Of a DNA stretch of 64,000 bases, positions 13,276 to 26,844 are shown one piece after another. This DNA comes from Octopus sinensis (lineage: Eukaryota). Every line of letters starts with the position of its first letter. The first letter of the stretch is position 1. The translations under genes were made by a program, and so were the position numbers. Below the pieces are notes generated by a model. The model worked only from the letters and a program-made list of their open reading frames with translations. It did not search any database and had not been told where the DNA came from. The stretch covers positions 89,838,001-89,902,000 of the forward strand of contig NC_042998.1 in assembly GCF_006345805.1 (NCBI RefSeq), given 5' to 3'.

Positions 13276-15828
13276 TTTTGATTTACCTCTTCTTAAGGGT
13301 CATGATGATATGAACACAGCATGAAATATCTTTATAAATTGACACCCTTCTTTTTGTGGGGTCTTCCAATCATAATATGACCTTTTTGCATTTGATAGTC
13401 AGTATCACTCTATTATATGATCTTTGATGAGTCTAGATAAAGTGCAACAGAAACTTGTTGCCCTGTGTAAGAAATATGTCAAATCCATATATCTATTTTA
13501 AAATAAAGATATATGTATATGTCTCATATTTAAAGTAAGGCCACTATTACACATTATTGTAAAATTAATAAGAATAATAGCTATGAGATCATAATATTGG
13601 AATGGTTTGACTATCCACCTATGAATTGAGCTTAAATCTACAGTTAATATTCCACTAAATTTCTCTACTCTACATTGCCTCCATAGTTGCCAAGTAACAG
13701 AATCAACGAAGAGTCAGTAGACAGTTAATTGTGACAGAAATTCATATTACAGGCTGCGTGCCATGCTCTTGTGTATAAAAGTCTTTTCCACTGTAGACAC
13801 ACCTTGCACACCTTTCTGCTGTGGGTATGAAATACACACACACAAAAATATACACACATAAACACAATTTGGTCTACACACAAAGAAATAATAATCAATA
13901 AATACAGTAGAGAATATATATTAATTCATGAATGCATAACTGCAGAAAGCAAGAAGTAGGAAACTCTTCTACTTTTATTTGGTACTTTTTCTCAGGTTTA
14001 TGTATCCAAATGTATTGGCGTGCATATATATATATTTATTCCATCCAACTATACCAAAGTCCTCACTACCAGCCACCTTCATAAAATGATTGCTCCCAAG
14101 TATGAAACTCTAACAAGATGTAAAGTAGCTTCAGCTAATCTAATAAAGGTTTTGAATTCCTAAGATATTGATCTCTATTTTGTCAATAGGGTTAATTTGT
14201 TAGCAAATATTTGTAAGTACAGCATCATCTAAAAAGTACACTAAACCTCATTGACTAGTATGTATTAAACTCACAATTTACCCTTTGCAGTAAAAATAAA
14301 TAGTTTTGTCTGTCTATGAACAGAAAAATAATTCAACTTGACTAGTTTCAAGTTTTGCTAAACTCTAATCAGGGATCACTAATCCCTTTTCTACTCTTCA
14401 AGTGAGGCTAAACTGTTTGTTAACTGAAAATATATACAATTTTCAAATTATTCTATAACAAAAAAAAAATAAATAAAACTAGTTAATTCTTATTGTTAGC
14501 ACTTGCTCAGTTTTACAAAATAGACAGATCAACTCAGTTTTATCTGAGTTTATATACAATATAAACAGCTATAAGTTATTATTCTCTCTATAGGCAGAGC
14601 ATGAGTAAATGATCTTTGGTGAGACTTTAACAAAACAAATTATTCCACTTAGCTGCAAACAAATGCCATCATTTGACACAATGTATAACTAGGATGGCTT
14701 TAGAAATGGTAAGTGGTTTGTTAGTTTAGAGTATTGAGTTACTCTCCCAGGTGTATAGTTTATAGAAGAATAGTCTTTAAACTAAGCTAGATTGACTTGC
14801 ACTAGATACATTGCATGATAGTAAATCTATTAGTGGTATTCCAGAATTTATGTGGGTTAAAGGATTTAATATTACCATTATATTGAATATGATGATTGTG
14901 ATACAAGAGACTGATGACTTAATCTCATGAGTATGACTAAGAAAGATGAGAAAATTTATTCTAATGCAATGATGCAACTTGTACTTATTAATTTTGATAA
15001 TATTCCCAAGAATTCTAATTCTTGTATGATTTTTTTTTTAATGTGAAGAAAATTATAGAGAGTATGAGATGCTGGAAGTGGTCAATAGTTATATTTGATT
15101 TGGTTGAGTTCAAAATATATTTTATTACTTTTTATTTATTACTGATCATGAAAACACAAATTATGAGATGCTGGAAGTGGTCAATTCTTTTCAGTTTTGT
15201 CATTTGTACTGTTTTAAAACATAGTACCTTGTGCCTGTCAAACCCATTTCATGTATACTACAACTGTTTAAAACTTTGAAACTTAGGAAAAGCTTATTTT
15301 TTAATACTAAACTTTAAATATCTATTTCTTAGTTGTAATTTCATTTAAAAAGAATAACAAATATTTTCTTAATATCTTGAAAGCCATTTATTTATTGTAA
15401 CATATTATATTTCATAATCTCCAAGCTTCAGAAATAAAGTCTAAAATTGATACTTTCCATTAAAAACATTTAACAGAAATTTCCTCACATAAAAGAAAGC
15501 ATAATCTTCATTGTTAACACTTTTTTTTTTGTGCGTGTAAGTTTCCAAATAACTTTTAAGACTTACAGAAAACAACAATAGTTCCATGAAAATCATTGAT
15601 GAATATACACAAATGACATGAACATTTACAAAAGATGTTCATAAAAACAACTTAATTAAACCAGTGAATGAGTGTCAATGAAGGTGTTGAGGTCTTCATA
15701 CCCTAAGGATATCAAAACAAAAGCTAACAACACCTACTGACCAAGATATTTCTACTTCCACATTTATTAATAGATATAAAATAAATCAACTGCATGTTAA
15801 GATTCAAACTTGATTTCTTTTCCTACAG

Positions 15829-15852
15829 GAAACAACAACTGTCCTGACTAGT
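15829..15852 (+). CDS. COL15A1/COL18A1: Multiplexin 24-nt hinge microexon (ETTTVLTS)
   Basis: Strong acceptor ttgatttcttttcctacag, donor gtacgt, phase 0-0. It joins PVPKPS to TPKPPE as a Thr/Pro-rich hinge. The exon is short, so a chance match is possible. Confidence 0.6.
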
Positions 15853-16092
15853 GTACGTCAAGATCCATTAGTTATATGTAATTTTTAATTGAGAGTGTGC
15901 TTATTCAAGCATGGAAGAAAGCATTGCTGGCTTCTAACTTTTTGATTTCTTTGTGCATGTTAATGTCATCATTTTATTGTTGGAGTAATTTTGTCTATGA
16001 AGTCTACACCATTGTATAAAGGCAAATTATGTATATATTCATAGACACACACTCATATGTGTGCATATATATGTGGGTGTGAGTGTGTTTGT

Positions 16093-16140
<48 letters not shown>

Positions 16141-16320
16141 GTGCGTATGCGTGTAGATATAATTAAGATGCAGTTGAATTAGGTACTTAAGTTGGGGCTC
16201 CAAGTCAATCCGGTATTATCCACACAGCTCGAAATATGGGGAATAAAAAGCAAATAAGTAACAAGGATATCAAGATATTACCTAATACCTCAACATGCTT
16301 GTTACTTATTTGCTTTATAT

Positions 16321-16372
<52 letters not shown>

Positions 16373-16424
16373 ATATTATATATATATATATATATGTATA
16401 TGTATATATATATATGTATATATG

Positions 16425-17183
16425 TTATATAAAAGGGCTTAGTAAAATAAATTACTTTGCCACATACTGAACTCATTAGAAATAGTAGCTAAAAAAACTT
16501 TTTTAAAACTATTTCTAATACTTAAAGAAAATCTCTCTCATATAGTGTTTGCTCAATTCAACTCACGAAAGTATGGGGGTAAAGACATTAAAAAATCAAA
16601 TGCAAAGGTTATTTGAGAACGTACGTTTCAAGATTAGTCAACTCGACATTTCTATCATCAGCTCAGAACTCCTACGTTTGGATTTGAAAACACTGAAAGT
16701 GGGAGCATACCCTTTCGGCTTCTTATTGCTTCTGAAGATCTGCTCGAAACTAACAGTGCCAGTAAACCCAAAATATGCAAGCGAAGAATTTCTGCTCTCC
16801 CATTTCCACCAGCGTGGGTTAAAATCAGTAAACACTATGCTTTTTCGGTAAAATCCGAAGCATTAAATAGAGAGAGATGAAGCATTAAATAGAGAGGGTA
16901 TGCTCCCACTTTCAGTGTTTTCAAATCCAAACCAAGGAGTTCTGAGCTGATGATAGAAATGTCGAGTTGACTAATCTTGAAACGTACGTTCTCAAATAAC
17001 CTTTGCATTTGATTTTTTAATGTCTTTACCCCCATACTTTCGTGAGTTGAATTGAGCAAACACTATATGAGAGAGATTTTCTTTAAGTATTAGAAATAGT
17101 TTTAAAAAAGTTTTTTTAGCTACTATTTCTAATGAGTTCAGTATGTGGCAAAGTAATTTATTTTACTAAGCCCTTTTATATAA
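16425..17183. mobile_element. 759-bp fold-back element (MITE-like) with 289-bp inverted arms
   Basis: Arms 16425-16713 and 16895-17183 are reverse complements, and I saw only two adjacent mismatches. The 181-bp spacer holds a short direct repeat (gaagcattaaatagagag x2). TA at both ends. ORFs 16549(+) and 17059(-) share an N-terminus only because of the symmetry. Confidence 0.85.
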
Positions 17184-17281
17184 TGTAATAATTTGAATTC
17201 GCCTTAAATGGTCCCTTTACATACTGAATACTTGGTGAAATTGATTAATAATTAATTAATTTTACCCTCAATTGTTGAAAT

Positions 17282-17320
<39 letters not shown>

Positions 17321-17440
17321 CATATTGGTGTCCCAGTATGGCCAGAGTATTTGGTTGAAACCAGTAAGATGAAATAAATGATATGCATACATGTATCTAC
17401 ATATACACGCACTCATACATATATGCATGTGTACACATGC

Positions 17441-17484
<44 letters not shown>

Positions 17485-18796
17485 GATTGTGTGCGTGTTT
17501 GTATATGTCTATGGATATATATATATATGTGTATGCATGTGTATGTAGATATTGTGTACATCTGTACAAATATACATATATATGTGTGTGTGTATGTATG
17601 TGTAAATATATACATATATGTAAATATATATATATATACACACACACATGCATACATACTATATGTAATGTATATTATATAAAGAGGTGTGATGAATGTG
17701 TGTACTTATAAATACACATATTTATCAAAATATATATGTATGTCATCATTGTTTTCACATACACTTTGAATGTATTTTCATATCATATGTGTTTGTGTAT
17801 GAATGTATATATGTATGTATTGTGAATAATGCGCATATTTTCAAAATAAATGCAAACACGTTATGTACCAAAAACTGCATCATATCATTTTATATATATA
17901 TATATCTTGAACAACTGTTTGAAGCTGGGCCTGGCTTGACACAAATATGTTTGTGTTGCACAATTCACATTCAACTTGAATATGATGTACCATGTATTCA
18001 CTGATTTTATTTGCTAATATCTTATTTTTTATATGCTTTACATTTAATATATACATACATATAAAGTTATTTTTATGATATTTTCATATTATTTAAAGAA
18101 ACATAATTACATACTCATACACGTAACATAGCATAAACATACATTTATATGCATAGGTAGGTAATGATCCACATGAATTTCATAGGCATAAAAGAATGTA
18201 CATAAAAGGATTGTACAGTAATGATTGTTGTTAAGCTTGTATCCCATTGGATGTGCTGATGCATGTGGTAAAAATTGTGCAGACCACTGGTATAAATGAC
18301 TGTAAAGAATTATCACATTTGGAAAAAAAATGGGATTAATTTCCACTAGAAAGGGAGTTTCAGTTTTCTTTAACATTATTTTCCTAGTCATCTGACTATT
18401 GCTGACCCAAGAAAATGTTCATTTGTTACAGCAATTAGAAATTATTTCAGGAAAGTAAAGATTACTCTGTCTCTGAACCTTAAGGAGTGCAGATGCTGGT
18501 CATTTATTTGATGTTGTTAGTAGAAAGCTCTGTAGAGTTCTTCTGTATATTATTTGGTGGAATATCTCTAGCTCTGTATAGCATGCACAGAAAGGCAAAA
18601 ATCTTTTCAGTGGGCAAGTGAGTTGATATATAATTCATTAGATACACCCTTTTATGCCAATGAAATTCTGAATAAAGGGTATCAGCCATTAACTTCCACT
18701 TCTCTTTGGTTAGTTGACTTACACTCAAACACATACACTTACATATGCTTGCACATTCACACACACACACAGTGTGTGTACATATATACAAACATA

Positions 18797-19028
18797 AAGG
18801 CGGCAAGCTGGCAGAAACGTTAGCGCGCCAGGCGAAATGCTTAGCAGTATTTCATCTGTCGTTACGTTCTGAGTTCAAATTCCGCTGTGGTCGACTTTAC
18901 CTTTCATCCTTTCCAGGTCGATAAATAAAGTACCAGTTTCGTACTGGGGTCGATGTAATCCACTTACTCCCTTTGTCTGTCCTTGTTTGTCCCCTCTATG
19001 TTTAGCCCCTTGTGGGCAGTAAAGAAAT
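18797..19028 (+). mobile_element. tRNA-headed SINE (family A), near full length
   Basis: aaggcggcaagctggcagaaacgttagc...gttctgagttcaaattcc...tttcatcctt...gtactggggtcgatgtaatc. Homologous copies lie at about 27715-27870, 33188-33402, 36428-36640, 36930-37100 (-), 39675-40470 (four), 44585-44805 and 54998-55215 (-). Confidence 0.85.
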
Positions 19029-19905
19029 ATATATACAAACATATACACACACACACAAATACATATGATCTTCATTGTGAAGTGATTGAATTTGTCCCTT
19101 CTTGTAAGAGGATAAATGTTTACTGCCCAAACTCCAAACGTAAGAGCCCCAAAACTTTAAAAAAAACAATAACAAATCTAAATGCAAACCAAGTTTACAC
19201 ACACATCTTAAAAACCAAAATGAACAAGTGCAAAAACTAAGTAGAAGTGTATGACTAAAAATAGAAAAACATATGTCAAAAATGAATACCACATGACTGT
19301 AGTTATTACATTATTACAAGACAGCACAAATTCTCCAGTGTATTTTTTTTTTATATCTTTTAAAATAAGAATTTTCAAGCATATCATTTTCTTTGATCAG
19401 AGATGTCTATGTATGCATGAGTGTGTATATATATATTCTGAAATAATTGCATCAAGTTAATATTGTTACACAATTACAGTATGTATTGAATTTGTGATAA
19501 TGAAACTATCATCTGTGTTATTCAACAATGTTTATACATGTAAAAAAGCTTATATTTAATGATGCTAATTAACTTCATTAGAATGATAAAACTAATACCT
19601 TGTATGTGCATGTTTTACATTATGTATGAATGTCATGCCACCAGTCATCATGCTCTTTGCAATGAACAATAAAAATATGGATTAGAAGAAAAAGATATTT
19701 AAATGACAGCAAATAGTCTTCATTCCATGGAAAGAAATCCTGATGGTAGGAATGTATAACCTTGTAAATATGAATAAATGCAACTGAATAATAGCAGTGC
19801 AATTGTTTACACACGACGGAAGATGTGAAAATTAAAAGTGAACAAGAAAACAGAATTCTAATGTGGATTTAATTTAATGTCTAAATGTCACACTACATCA
19901 AATTT

Positions 19906-19948
<43 letters not shown>

Positions 19949-20059
19949 TTTCTTGTTTCAGTCATTAGACTGCAGCCATGCTGGAACACCACCTAGAATT
20001 TTTTTTTTTAGCTGAATGTAAAAGGACCCCAGTACTAATTTATTCCTTTTTAAAGCCTG

Positions 20060-20389
20060 TCCTCACCTTCGAAACACGCTGGAGTTGAACTAGGGACAGC
20101 TGATGAAGGGGATTTTTCCTTGTGTAGTTTGTCTTGTACTCTGTTTTTCGTTGTAAAAAAATGGTCTGTTCCATGCTTGTTTTTCCGTTTTCGTTTCTCG
20201 TTGAGTTCTATGTCTATTTGTGGTGTCCTGTACTCACGTATATATATTTATATATGCATGTATATATACATGTAGATGTAGGTACGTACATATATGTATG
20301 TATGCATATATTTTATTTATTACACTATTGTATGACTGAGCGCCCTCGCGTCGATTCGATTCGGTCGTTTCGTTTCTTCTCCAAGTACT

Positions 20390-20390
<1 letters not shown>
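20060..20390. repeat. Dispersed repeat fragments, possibly Penelope-associated
   Basis: GC/CpG-richer islands (gacagctgatgaagggg...; cgcgtcgattcgattcggtcgtttcg) set in (TA)n. The family assignment is only an impression. Confidence 0.3.
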
Positions 20391-20434
<44 letters not shown>

Positions 20435-20752
20435 TACAGATACACATAGACACATATACATATATCTGTCTATGTACATATATGCATATACAGTAATCCT
20501 TCACCATATTGTGGTTCACCTATTGCAGTTTATTATTTAAGCTTATGTCAATTCATCTGTGGTGTTGTTATGCATTTATAATAAAATAAATATATACAAA
20601 TTATAAAAGTAATAAAAAAAACTATACAGTGCAGTACTGTTTCTACTTCATAGATTTTCACTAATCACTGGGGGTTTTGGAATGTAACACCCACGATAGT
20701 TTCAGTCATTTGAACTGGAAATGGTGCAGGAACAAACACAGATACAAAGATG

Positions 20753-20784
<32 letters not shown>

Positions 20785-20792
20785 ATATATAT

Positions 20793-20824
<32 letters not shown>

Positions 20825-20825
20825 A

Positions 20826-20865
<40 letters not shown>

Positions 20866-21122
20866 TCACGATGGGCTTCTTTTGGTTTCCTTCTACCAAA
20901 TCCACTCCCAAGGCTTTGGACTATAGTAGAAGACGCTTGTCCAAGGTATCACACAGTGGGAGTGAACCCACACAACCATTTGGTTGGGAAGAAAGCTTCT
21001 TATTACACAGCCACACCTGTGACAATATATGTGTGTGTGTGAATGAATATATATGTATATATATATATATATGTGTGTGCATGTTGTATATATATATATT
21101 ATTTTATATCTCTTTAATATAA

Positions 21123-21154
<32 letters not shown>

Positions 21155-21904
21155 ACAGTTTTTAGAAAAAATCTTGATCAGTCACTGTATTTGAAAAAGA
21201 TTTTGTTAAACAGGAAATTATTAGTTATATGAAAAAGACTCTTTAAAAACTACAAATTGACACAGACTTTATGGAAGGAAGTTTTTCCATTTTCAACTTT
21301 TCAAATACACTTGTTAGAGGGTAATTTGTAAATAGTTAGAATCTGTAAATAGATTTGAAACACTGAAAAAAGAAATAAGCTTTTAAAATGAAACTTAAAA
21401 ATGAAAACTGCAAAAAGCACATCAAATGAAACTTGAAATATGGTATTGTGCATCATATGATCTTTGTCAATCAGCTTTTGTATTATATATTTTTTGAAAT
21501 GATTAATAATTTTTAATTTAAGAAAGGCTTATTTCAGTTGTGTGCAAGTGTCAATCTGATGCTTTTAAAGATTTTTTTTATATATAATTGATAATTTTTC
21601 ATTTATATACAAATAAATTTATTTTTATTATAATGTATACGTGCAATATATGAATAATGGTATACAATAATATATGATTATGTATTTTACACATGCATGC
21701 ATACATATATATCATAGATGCATACATATATATCTTCAATATATGCGATTACCAAATATATTTTGATGTATTATAATAATATATCAAAACATATGTTGTG
21801 CACAATATATGTGTATGTAAGTATTCATATATATATGAACCAGTTGTTGAGTGTCCCACCCATGAAAGATCGATGCTAGATGTATCAAACAATTGTTGTG
21901 ATTA

Positions 21905-22090
21905 AAGTAGAAAGATAGATTTTTTTCAATACGTAAATACTGAACAGTATATATAAAGGATAAAATCCTTTTAAGAGCAGAAAAATTTTTTGCCAACAAC
22001 ATGTGTCAACAACAGCATGTGTAAAAGGATTTTATTCTTTATATATGCTGTTCAGTATTTATGTGTTGAAAAAAATGTATCTTTCTACTT
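21905..22090. repeat. Imperfect inverted repeat with 69-bp arms and a 48-bp spacer
   Basis: Arms 21905-21973 and 22022-22090 are 64/69 Watson-Crick complementary by manual pairing. Confidence 0.9.
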
Positions 22091-22406
22091 GTTCTACAAT
22101 ACATTTCAATGCTTCAAAAACTGTTGTTTGGACACCCCCAGGCAATATATAGGCTAGTCCAATACATATAAATAGTGGACGTGATAGCTAGTCGCAGAAG
22201 CATCGCATATAGCAAGCTGGAGCTGTCAGTAGACTAGACGTCAAGTTCTGTTGAGTTGAGTTGTTGGAAGTGAGAGTTTGGTAGTTGAGTAGAGGTACGT
22301 TATTAGGAAAGGCACGCCATCCAAACATGCACTATAACAAAGCAAACTTACATTTGTTTACATATGATATAATCTATTATATATATATATATATATATGT
22401 TTGTGC

Positions 22407-22448
<42 letters not shown>

Positions 22449-22611
22449 TTTTGTGTGTGTATATATATATATATGTTTGTGTGTGTATATATTTATATAT
22501 AAAAGATAAAACTTACTTGAAAGAGGATGTGTGGCGTTCAATCATATAATAATATAAATAATATATATATATATATATGCATACATACATACGTATATGT
22601 ACATACTTACA

Positions 22612-22699
<88 letters not shown>

Positions 22700-23343
22700 A
22701 TATAGATATATATATAGATATATATATATAGATATAGATATATATATGGGGGGGAGGGGCACAGGATGTCATGAAATGTGTACAAAAAATACAAACTATA
22801 AGTACATGGAATATGAACTATTTTTTCGTATTTAATCTCTTGAGAGTAACATGCTTTTCCTGATCTTGGTTTATTCAAACTGGACAATATGAAAATGATA
22901 ATCCTTTGCAAGGATTAGTGGAAGTTACCAGTTTGATAATTGAACTGTGAGTGAATGAGGTTTGAGCAGGAATAATATACTGCATTGTAAAGGAAAGATA
23001 GAATGGTAGATGTACTTAAGTAGATATACACCAGTCTGTAAAGTGGGGATGTACTCAGACCTTATTCATTGTTGCCAATGATGCAAGTTCGGTCATTATT
23101 ACTGGACATGTCTAAATGACTGAGCTCTCAGACGGGTTTTTTACAAATAGATATATCCATTCTAACCAACATCTGTATTGAACTATGGTTTCCCAGCTTC
23201 AAACCTGGGATATTCCATATACATATTCCATATATACATGTGTGTGTGTGTGTGCGTGCGTGTACACTGAAGATCTCAAGATAACACATTTGTATATATA
23301 GACACAAATATGTATATTTATTTGTTTTATCATTTAGTATGTG

Positions 23344-23377
<34 letters not shown>

Positions 23378-23464
23378 GTGTGTGTGTGTGTGTGTGTGTG
23401 TCTGTGTGTGTGTGCAATATATATGTGTATTTATATGTATTTATACATAGATATGTGAATTTAC

Positions 23465-23548
<84 letters not shown>

Positions 23549-24085
23549 CACACATACATGCACACAGATACACACTTAAATTGTGTGTGTGTATAATGTA
23601 TATATATATATATACACATGTTGATAGCTAGAGATATAGATAGATAATTATATACCACATATCTAATCTAGGTTCATCATCATCATTGTTCAATGTCCAG
23701 CTTCCATGCTGGCATGGGTGGGACAGTTTGACAAGAGCTAGCTAAGCAGAAGCCTGCACCAGAATTTTGTAACTATTTTGGCAGGATTTAGACAGCTTGA
23801 TGCACTTCCTAACACCAGAGTGGACTTAGCGTTTTTTATGTGTACAAGCTGGATGCCCTTCCAAACACCAACCACTTTACAGTGTGGACTGGATGCTTCC
23901 AAGTGGCACCTGAACTGACAGGGTCATGTTTAGATGTATAGCAATATATATATTTTTTCTTATATTTATATATGTGCATATATACATATACACACTTACA
24001 CATATATAATATGTATGAGTAAATATATATATGTGTATGTATGTATGTATATATAAGCCTATATATGTATGTATATATAATATAT

Positions 24086-24615
24086 ATCTGTATATTTGCC
24101 AATAGAGAGGGTATGTTTATCAAAGTGTAATATATCATAGATCTGTTACAGCTGACCTTACCAACTGGTTTCACACCTAATATTAAATAACAACGTGATT
24201 ATCAAATAATTGCATTCATCAAAGATGGAAAGTATGAACTATATAATGATGACAAAACTCTGTTGTCAAAGGGAAGGAAATGTTTCATCTGCTTTGAGAG
24301 TGCTGTGCAAAACATGAAACAAAGTTGCAAGCAAGAGACACAACTCTTGAAGAAACACTCTTAATTGTATCCTGTTTTTATTTAACATACTTCAGAGCAC
24401 CCGCAAACTGGATATGACACTTCCACATCTGCTATAACAGATAGCAGTCACAATTTTCTTCCATACCTGCCTACCTACCATCTCTGATGAGCACAGTTAT
24501 TACATAACTGCAGCCACATGACTGAAATAAGTAAAAGAGTGTATATTATATATATTTTATATCTATCTATCTATCTGAATATTATCTATATATTTATATT
24601 ATCTATATATTTATA

Positions 24616-24658
<43 letters not shown>

Positions 24659-25183
24659 AATATATAGATAATATAAATATATAGATATATTCAGATAGAT
24701 AGATAGATATAAAATATATATAATATACACTCTTTTACTTATTTCAGTCATGTGGCTGCAGTTATGTAATAACTGTGCTCATCAGAGATGGTAGGTAGGC
24801 AGGTATGGAAGAAAATTGTGACTGCTATCTGTTATAGCAGATGTGGAAGTGTCATATCCAGTTTGCGGGTGCTCTGAAGTATGTTAAATAAAAACAGGAT
24901 ACAATTAAGAGTGTTTCTTCAAGAGTTGTGTCTCTTGCTTGCAACTTTGTTTCATGTTTTGCACAGCACTCTCAAAGCAGATGAAACATTTCCTTCCCTT
25001 TGACAACAGAGTTTTGTCATCATTATATAGTTCATACTTTCCATCTCTGATGAATGCAATTATTTGATAATCACGTTGTTATTTAATATTAGGTGTGAAA
25101 CCAGTTGGTAAGGTCAGCTGTAACAGATCTATGATATATTACACTTTGATAAACATACCCTCTCTATTGGCAAATATACAGAT
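24086..25183. repeat. 1.1-kb near-perfect palindrome (fold-back inverted duplication) centred on (AT)15
   Basis: About 535-bp arms are reverse complements around (AT)15 at 24621-24650. I saw one substitution and one 1-bp indel between the arms. Confidence 0.92.
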
Positions 25184-25539
25184 GCCTATTTTTTCTGACT
25201 TGTGACTTCTTAGATAACTGTATATTTTATATGTATGTATACATATATTATATAGGCATGGAAAATGGATGTTAAATGATGATGATGATGATGATGATAT
25301 ATATATATAAATAGAACATAAAAATAAATCAATGTCATCGAGTGGTCAAGGAAAACTACAAATCTACACACAATATGAGCCTTGTAGAATTTTTGGGAAT
25401 GTGCTTTGATCAAAGAGTTGTTGGAAACATTGTTTTGTTCACTGATTGGAATGTTATTTTTACAGCACACCAATTCTGCTTCTGCTGATAATTAATGTCA
25501 TTGCTGAAATTTATATCTATATATGATATATATATAATA

Positions 25540-25585
<46 letters not shown>

Positions 25586-26118
25586 TCATCCAATCTCATT
25601 TCAACATATACATTTTTATACTTTAACCACAATGCCTTTCTGTTGTCCATGATGCATTTTACATGCACTTTATATATTCTTTTTCTAGTTTTGATTTCCA
25701 CTGTGTGATATCACAAAGTGTGTTTTTGGATATGCCACCTATTTGCACCAGTTTTTTGCTATTGTTTTGTTTGTTATTTATTTCTTTGTATTTCATTTTT
25801 GTCACCTATATTTTATGATTCAATTGAAATATACATGTTCAAAATATCAGCAAAATACATCTATTGAGTAAAAAGTATTCTAGATACACACACACAAATA
25901 TACATATATACATGTGTGTGTGTATGTGTGCATGAATATATACATGCATATATATGTATGTGTGTGTGTGTATATATGTATATGTATGAATGTGTAATTA
26001 TGTGTATATATATATATATATATAATATATATATGTATGTATGTATGTATTTTTGTATATACATATATATATATTTATATATATATGTACATATATAAAT
26101 ATATATTTACATATACAT

Positions 26119-26173
<55 letters not shown>

Positions 26174-26336
26174 TATGTATGTATATGTTGCTATTTATAA
26201 CAAATTATATTCTATTACTTCTACATTCTCTGTACAATTTTACAATTTTGCAATGCATTATACTGTAATTTAACCATATGGTGGAATATTTTGATATAAA
26301 ATATATGATAATGTCATTTGCATGCATATTGATAAA

Positions 26337-26442
<106 letters not shown>

Positions 26443-26455
26443 CATATATATATAC

Positions 26456-26517
<62 letters not shown>

Positions 26518-26769
26518 ATAAACAAATACATCTATTTATATATGTATATGTGTGTGTGTGTTAGTATTAGTATTGTACTTGAACTTATATTAATTGATAG
26601 ATATTAATTATCATGTAATATTATATTATCACTTAATATGCTTTATGTTATAAATATTCAATGCATGTATGTCTTTTAGTATAGAAATTATTCTATCTTG
26701 CAATTTTTATGCTTTTTGTATGTGGTATTTCAAACCCTAGCTGATTATTTACTTTGTCTCCTTTTTTAG

Positions 26770-26844
26770 ACACCTAAACCACCTGAAATACATGTGCTTC
26801 CCCCAAATCTTGATAAGGAAAGATATCGACAAAACCAAAAAGTA
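26770..26844 (+). CDS. COL15A1/COL18A1: Multiplexin hinge exon (TPKPPEIHVLPPNLDKERYRQNQKV)
   Basis: Acceptor ctttgtctccttttttag, donor gtaagt, 75 nt, phase 0-0, Pro-rich. It leads directly in frame into the endostatin exon. Confidence 0.85.

Noticed and set aside
13996-14019. Possible extra 24-nt multiplexin microexon (VYVSKCIG) after tttttctcag
   Set aside because: The donor (gtgcat) is weak, and a hydrophobic Cys-containing peptide does not fit the Pro/Thr hinge.
16549-17059. Two convergent ORFs with identical N-termini (MLNSTHESMGVKTLK...)
   Set aside because: An artefact of the 289-bp inverted arms. No recognisable protein and a TTG start.
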